A stretch of 64,000 bases of DNA from Octopus vulgaris (taxonomy: Eukaryota): assembly GCA_951406725.2 (NCBI GenBank), contig OX597814.1:86056001-86120000 (forward strand), given 5' to 3'. The stretch's first letter is position 1. The number at the start of each line of letters is the position of its first letter. This document shows, one piece after another, positions 56,740 through 64,000 of this stretch. Under the pieces are notes generated by a model, which was given only the letters and a program-made list of their open reading frames with translations, was not told the DNA's origin and made no database searches. The translations under genes were made by a program, and so were the position numbers.

Positions 56740-57900
56740 GCATTAATTTGTCGATAACTGGAACTGGAAAAGTATCAAGATGAATTTGAATATTGAGAAA
56801 TCAATGGCAAAGCGAAATTTGCGACTTTTTTCTGTTACCAAAACATGAGTTCTTCGCTGCGAATTATTCGGTTCTATGATGCCATCTTTGATTAAGTATT
56901 TTACCTCTTGTATTAAGAATTTGAAATCGACCATAGAAATGCATTTGAGTACGAGTAGCAATTGATTTTAATTTGAAGATAATTTAATAAAAAACATGTA
57001 ACGCGCAATCTTGAGGGAAGCAAAACTTGACAACACTAAAAGATTTTAAGGCTTAAATACCATTAAAGAATGCTGAAACATATCCAAATATACCACCTGA
57101 GTAGGGTCTCGGAATAACTAACAGTGACTCCTGTTTGTACAACTTTTCAGTATGTCGAATGCTAATTATTTATATTTCCATAATTTGGGAACTAAGAACT
57201 AAGATATTGACGCCATCATAACGTTGCCTCTGATTGGTTTAATGACTGAACCATTCCCCTTTAGATAAAGTTGATATTGATTCCACTGTCAACTAATGCA
57301 TGCGTCGGCTGGTTGTTAATTATAATAATAACGACTGCACAAGTCAAAGGAATATTCCAATAAAGCTAAAAAGGCTGAATAAGTTAATGCATTACAGATT
57401 GGTTCATTACCAGTCCAGTAGATATATTATATAATTTAGTTCGTACACTTGAGAAAATAGCCTTTCTTTCACACTTGCGACACCTGATATTTCTTGCTAG
57501 ATATATTCCACTGTCGTTTCTATACATCCAACAACATAGCGCTTCTATAAAGCAGGTGTCGAAATAACTTCGTCTTCAGTGCCCCTCCTTTGTAACTGTA
57601 ATTGTATTTACGATGATATATAGTTAATAAACGTTCACATTCATTAAAGATGTATCCAATATTCTGGTTTGTGGTACTACAGTTTTTCGAGTAGGTTAAG
57701 TTTTCTACTGATCATTATTCCAAAAATAAAAGCAATCACTATCGAGTTTTTCTTATAAAGGTCAGGCGACACTGCCTTGAATTTGCATTCTTTATTCAGG
57801 ATCAGGTCTGTCTTTACATCATTATAGGCACCCGAGAAAAGCAATACGCTAAGATCTGTAGTTTTAATTATAGACAGAAACTACAGCATACATAGATTAG
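56740..57900 (-). mobile_element. Degenerate Ty3/Gypsy LTR retrotransposon internal region (gag, protease, RT start)
   Basis: Minus strand in order: LNKECKFKAVSPDLYKKNSIVIAFI (gag, ~57800), ARNIRCRKCERK (zinc knuckle, ~57480), INNQPTHALVDSGINI (protease DSG, 57282-57290), QEVKYLIKDGIIEPNNSQRRTHVLVTEKSRKFRFAIDFS (RT N-terminus). Confidence 0.88.
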
Positions 57901-58691
57901 TATCGGGTCTCTACACCCGTGGATACCCCTGGTAATTAGCTTGTGTGCACATCTTTAAGATGTCACTGAACAGGATTTTGAAGCCTTGAAGGAATTGATC
58001 CGGGGATTAAGTTGGCTTTTGCGTGCGAGTTATAGGTTGATGTCTCGTAAAGACCTACGCTTTTTTGACAAATTATCACACCCGCGTAACTCGAAATCTG
58101 CAATAAATTCGAATAATTGTGAGATACAAAGTTTACAAGACGAGTAATGTGTCGAGATCGGGAATCCTGGAAAGACAATTTTCAAATGTAAGAAGTCAGT
58201 GTTTGAATCCCGAAAAAACTGACACCATTTGAAAAGGAAACGTATTGAGTCTTTCGGGGCTTGAGAATGTACGATAAAAGATCCGTATACCAAAGACTTT
58301 ATTCAGCTAATAATTCTGTAGCACAGACATTCGGCTTACATACTGACGTGCATTCGCCTATTATGTGTCATATCAATTATTTAAGCGATGTAGAATCACT
58401 TGTCTACACAACTAGAGAAAATGAACACTCATAACGTGTGCTAAATATACTAAATATACTTATTTAGTAGTCGTGTTCGTGTGAAGATCTTCACACGAAT
58501 TTACCAAGCTGCATGTGCATGTGAGAAGCTATACAGTTTGCTCACATGCATATGTAGTCGCATTCGGTGTCAATGATAATTTAGCATGCGAATTACATAA
58601 AAGTCATATCTCATGTTTTTGAGTGAAATTATAGAGTATCCAATACTAATTTAAGACATAGACAATGTATGTATGTATGTATGTATGTATG

Positions 58692-58779
<88 letters not shown>

Positions 58780-59065
58780 GCAGGTGTACACGAAGTTCGA
58801 CCATTGCTAGAAATAGCAGCCGGTAAGTTTACGGCGCTGTGTAGAGCTGTACACCTGCTTTATAAATTTATAATTCTATCTATATGGTGCTTTGTCCGTG
58901 CTGGATATTAATCTTATTTTAATAATATTTATAATATTTATATTATAATGTATGTATATATACATACATACATACATACATACATACATACATACATACA
59001 TACATACATACATACATACATACATACATACATACATACATGCATATACACATACATGCATATGC

Positions 59066-59098
<33 letters not shown>

Positions 59099-59178
59099 TA
59101 CATACATACATACATACATACATACATACATACATACATACATACATACATACATGTGTGTGTATGCATGTATACATA

Positions 59179-59745
59179 TTCTTTTACACTTTTACTCTTT
59201 TACTTGTTTCAGTCATTTGACTGCGGTCATGCTAGAGCACCACCTTAAAGGGTTTTAGTCGAAGAAATCGACCTCAGGACTTATTCTTTGTAAGCCTAAT
59301 GCTTGTTCTATCGGCCTCTTTTGCCGAACAGCTAATTTACAGGGACATAACGGGGGTGGAGTGGACAAACACAGACACACGCACATAAATATATGCATAC
59401 TTCCGAACTATCTCACTCTGTGAGAGCCTCAGTTCAAATTGCACGTGTCTCGAATGGGCTGGAGTATTTCAATTTTGGATGTATTTGGGGTATTTAGTTG
59501 TGCTCATGACTTAGTGTTTGCTTCTTCCATGGGTATGAGTAAGTATCTCATTTATTTCTTTTGCCACATGTATCACTGACGAAGAGAGGGCTCTTAGTAG
59601 CTAACTCTGAAATCGGTCCGATATTAATATGGTTAATGGACAATATGTCCAATTTTTCGAGTAGCGTATTTTGCATTAAAATTTTGGTTAATGGACAATA
59701 TGTCCTCATTTAATAATTATATATATATATATATATATATTTATG

Positions 59746-59781
<36 letters not shown>

Positions 59782-59943
59782 GACTGGCTTCTTTCAGTTT
59801 CCGTCTACCAAATCCACTCATAAGGACTTAGTCAGCCTGGGGCTATAGTAGAAGACACTTGCCCAAGGTTCCAGACAGTGGGACTGAACCTAGAACTGTG
59901 TGTTTGAGAAGCAAGCTTCTTACCACACAACCACACCTACGCC
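59179..59943 (-). mobile_element. SINE family A split into 3' half (59179-59390) and 5' half (59780-59943) by an insertion
   Basis: Both halves are on the same strand and in the correct order. The break falls at the internal microsatellite. Confidence 0.8.
59395..59720 (+). mobile_element. Penelope-like pLTR relic with degenerate hammerhead
   Basis: gtatca-CTGACGA-agag...ctct-GAAA-tcg-GTC-cgatat at 59570-59624. A 21-bp direct repeat tggttaatggacaatatgtcc follows, and the segment ends in (TA)n. Confidence 0.6.
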
Positions 59944-61294
59944 TATGGTACATATATATATACGCAAGTTTGTTTGTATGTATGTGACACAGCTTAAGGA
60001 GGAAAGATATTAATATATTGATGTATACGTATTTACATATGGATATATATATACATATATGCATATATACATATACTGTAGGCCACAAGTTGTAAAGTCG
60101 GTAACCTGCGGATAAAAGAAGTATTCTGATAAAACAAATCAACAATTAAAACTGGATAGAGTTGCATGAGTACCAGTGGTTAGTATGAATAACCACTTTA
60201 TATAGTTGCCAGGCATTACAATATTCAACCTAATTCCCCTTCGCACACAGATCATCCTGTGCTGTCATTAATAATACACAGCCCTAAATTCTACAACTCA
60301 CACGCTGTAATCCAAATATCACACACAAGAATTCGATACTACAGCATAGTGAACAAGTCGTTCTTCCTTCGGTATTCTCTCTCTCCTTCTCTCTCTCTCC
60401 TTCTCTCTCTCTCCCTCCCTCCCCCTCCCTCCCCATCTCTCTCTCCTCTCTTTCTTCCCACTCTCTCCTCTCCTTCTCTCTCTCTCTCACTCTCTCTGAA
60501 AGTTGTTTCTTGAATATTTCCTATTATATATTCTTCTTTTACTTGCCCCCTCATCAAGCCACAAATCATTATTCATCACCAATAACCAGTTGTTTGATAA
60601 CTTTCAGTAGATCTATGTCCCTTTACCTACCCTTCCCCTTTTCTTTCTTTTCTTTTTTAACCAGCGCTGGGGTGTAGATGGCATTCATGATCTTTATACA
60701 ACTTACTCCATTGTTCTATGGTTTTTGAGGGATTAAGTAACTCACACATACCGTTAATATCGTTTTGTTTTGCCGAAATAACAAGAACCAATAAAATACT
60801 ATGTTATATTTAGTTACGTATCTTTATGCTCTGAGCTTAAGTTCTGCTGAGATCGGCTTTAACTTTCTTCCTCCCGAGTTAATAAAATAAGTAAATACCA
60901 GGAAAACTCAGGAGCGACTTGAAAAGACTCAACTATCATCCCCATCTCCCAAATGTAAGTCCCTGTGATTATAGTCGATGACATTTCTGTTCCCTCTTTA
61001 TTCTACAAATGGAAAAAAAAAAAATTTTAACGTGAAACCGAGTGTAGCTACGGAGAGAATAATCTATTATTGACACTGTCATCTTGTATGCTCTTGTAAT
61101 TCTACCTTTTTCTAGCAGCTCTTCTTTTAAGTTAACGCGCACCACTTACATGTTTGGTTAATTGCATAGGCCCTGTTTTTGTTTGGAGATGGAAGTTCAA
61201 AAACAAAAGACGAAGAAAAATTATTTTGTAACATTTGCAATATGTGTGTTTTTGTGCGTGTATATTTGTGTGTGTGAACGAGAGTATGCATCAT

Positions 61295-61500
61295 TGTGTT
61301 TGTGTTTGTCCCCTAGATTGCTTCATAAATGGTGTTGGTCTGTTTATGCATCACCTGACTTAACGTTTCGGCAAAAGAGACCGATAGAATAAGTACTAGA
61401 CTTTTAAAAAATAAATATAGGAGTCTATTTGTTCGACTAAACCATTCAAGGAGATATCCCAGCATGGCCAGAGTCCAATGACTAAAACAAGTCAAAAATA
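61295..61500 (+). mobile_element. SINE family A, 3' half
   Basis: Contains ttcggcaaaagagaccgatagaataagtactag and ccagcatggcc. Confidence 0.85.
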
Positions 61501-61779
61501 CAAGATTTAGCTTCTGCAGAATTTTCTATTGTCATTTTATTTTCATTAAACAGAAGTGTTAGGTGGGGAGGTGGCAAGTTCGTTTAGATGTCGCGTAAAC
61601 TGCGTTGTGACATTTAACTACAGGCGTCTACATCCTATCGAATTTGAATCTTAAAGAGATTGAATTCGTCTTCTGCTTTGTTTTTTAGAACTGATATATT
61701 TAATTGTCCCCCTCCCCCGCCACCTAAATGTCTGGCGTTGCACCTATGTTAGATATTATTTTCATAGTATCAGCACAGC

Positions 61780-61995
61780 AGTGGATTGTCAACATCATTT
61801 GAGTGTCAGCATCAGAAAAAAAAATACCTTGCGGTATTTGTTCCAGCTCTTTGCGTTTTGAGTTCGGGTCCCATCAAGTTCAACTTTGCTTTTTATCTTT
61901 CGGTGGTTGATAAAAAAAAAATAGTATCAGTCAAGTACTGGAGTTGATATTAATCTAATTAACTGTTCGTTTCATGCCAAATTTCTGGCCTTAAA
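61780..61995 (+). mobile_element. Old SINE family B-like copy (similar relics at 60830-60980 and 61570-61760)
   Basis: Contains ttgagttcgggtccc, caactttgctttttatctttcgg, tcagtcaagtactgg and aaatttctggcctt. Confidence 0.6.
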
Positions 61996-62204
61996 ACTAT
62001 TCAAAATCATTACAAAGCAATAATAGTCAGGGTCATTGTTCCTTCTTAAAAATTCAATACCTTGTTCCATGTCTTTGGAACTTCAATTCTCTGGAAATAT
62101 GATTTTAAATTATTTGTTTCCTTCTTTCGTACTTTTTTTCCACTTTTTCTTGTGTTTATATCATTTAATTTTTTTCTTATATTAGTTTTATGTACTTGTG
62201 TAAC

Positions 62205-62420
62205 AACCATTCAACACACCAACCTCAATGTGTTCGCTCGACATGCTAGAGATAGCAGCCAAATCTCACAGAAATCACATTTTTTCATCTTATATATGGG
62301 AACACACGTGAACTAAGTATTCCTAAGTAAATTTTAAAATACGGGATAGTCACGACTGGAATGCTTTTGATAACAGATCTAATCAATGTGGGAAGATCTT
62401 AGGCTAAACAAAGCAAAAAC
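62205..62420 (+). mobile_element. SINE-like family D
   Basis: Runs gctcgacatgctagagatagcagccaaatctc...gggatagtcacgactggaatgcttttgat...ggctaaacaa. Confidence 0.7.
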
Positions 62421-63174
62421 AATTACACAGCAGCAACTCTTCTGCTTAAATGCTACACGTCAATATTTGTTTCAGGTTACAATGAGTTCCTAAAGCAGAC
62501 ATTAGAACACAAAAATATTAACTAATCGCATTTGAATTTGAAAGTACAACGTACTGATTTCGGAGTAAAAAAAAAATCCTTGAGCAATGCAGACCATTTA
62601 AAAGTAGAATAAAAAGCTGCGGTTTATGTACAGTTGGAAAGAATTAAAAACTATCAAGAATTTTGCAAATGGTCTAAATACAAGATAAATAACTTTACCA
62701 AATACCGCCATTTTTGCTAGAGTATCTTCCAAAATATTGGCTGTACACACCATCCCTAGTTTAAACGGATTAACACTTAATTATTACTCTCTTTGCTCTA
62801 TAACCTGACGTACTTTAATATCATTATACTCAACAATTAAATCATTACTTTCTGGTTTTACCTATTCACTAATCTTCTTGTACTTAATATACCGTTGTCA
62901 ACAGATTTTCTTGGTACTTTTCTTTCTATATCTTCTTTTATTCTTCTTATTTTCTTACATCAATTTCCGAAGGAAATAATCAGTATCTATCAGTGTCTAT
63001 ACGCAATGAGGTAACCCCTTGCTACATTTATACTACAGCAGGCAAAACCAGAAGTTGCTGTATACATATATATATAATATACATGGTTTTCTTCGAGAAA
63101 AAAACATTGAACCAGTTATTTTAGCTGTCCCAAAACATTTGACTTAAGTTGGAACTAAGAGTACCGTTGTCTAG

Positions 63175-63238
<64 letters not shown>

Positions 63239-63240
<2 letters not shown>

Positions 63241-63401
63241 CTCAGGAATGGTTATGTGGTAAAAAGCTTGGTTCCAACCACATGGTTCCGGGTTCAGTCC
63301 CACTGCGTGGTACCTTGGGGAAGTATCTTGTACTTTAGCCTCGAGCCGACCATAGCCCTGTGAGTGAATTTGGTAGACGGAAACTGAAAGAAGCCAGTAT
63401 A

Positions 63402-63462
<61 letters not shown>

Positions 63463-63667
63463 CTATGTTTGTATGTCTGTGTTTATCCCCCACCATCGCT
63501 TGACACCAATGTTGGTGTGTTTATGTATCCGTAACAATAACGGTTCAGCAAAAAAGTCCGATAGAATAAGTACTAGGCTTAACTAGAATAAGACCCTACA
63601 AAATAAGTTTGACAGAAGGTGGTGCTCCAGCATGGCAGCAGTCAAATGACTGAAACAAGTGAACGAA
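63239..63667 (+). mobile_element. SINE family A, full length
   Basis: Head, core, internal (TG)n and tail ggtgctccagcatggc...gactgaaacaagt are all present. Confidence 0.9.
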
Positions 63668-64000
63668 TGTGTGTGTGTGTGTGAGTGTGTGTGCATTACA
63701 ACGTTAAAGGCACAGAAACACAACACCGCTATTCTAGCGTAACTGACTCGAGACCTTTTTCATTCGGATTATGTGTTACATTTTTCTAAACTAAATTGTT
63801 TTTTATAACGTTTAATATCATTTATATTACAATATTAGTCATCCACACACACATCCACACACACGGAGAGTGTCACTAAAGAGGTCGCAGACGTGTGACG
63901 AAAGATTTCCGGACATTGGACAGGAGTTAAAATAAGAACAGTAATAAACAAGTGAAGAAGGAATATATAGTGCGTGTGTTTATTTAGCAAAAAAAAGTGA

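Overview
This is AT-rich, repeat-dense eukaryotic DNA. Its SINE repertoire and extreme microsatellite load point to an octopod cephalopod (Octopus sp.); that assignment rests on recalled repeat families, not a search. No intact protein-coding gene is recognisable, and nearly all listed ORFs are microsatellite or SINE artefacts. The window holds about 20 copies of one tRNA-headed SINE with an internal microsatellite, three further SINE families (Nin-domain, Meta/V-like, and a (CAA)n-tailed family), a degenerate RTE LINE, a degenerate Gypsy gag-pro-RT, a non-autonomous Helitron, and Tigger, mariner and hAT derivatives. The most interesting signals are structural: (i) about nine minimal type-I hammerhead ribozyme motifs of the Penelope-like kind, two with nearly intact cores (9634-9674, and 25088-25148 inside a perfect 24-bp inverted repeat); (ii) a ~950-bp foldback with a perfect 73-bp core in otherwise diverged arms (2918-3867); (iii) a multi-hairpin structure with strand-biased G-U pairs (58435-58590); (iv) an RTE that resembles decapod crustacean elements. 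Possible first exons of divergently transcribed host genes lie near 20.4 kb (-) and 26-27.6 kb (+), at low confidence.
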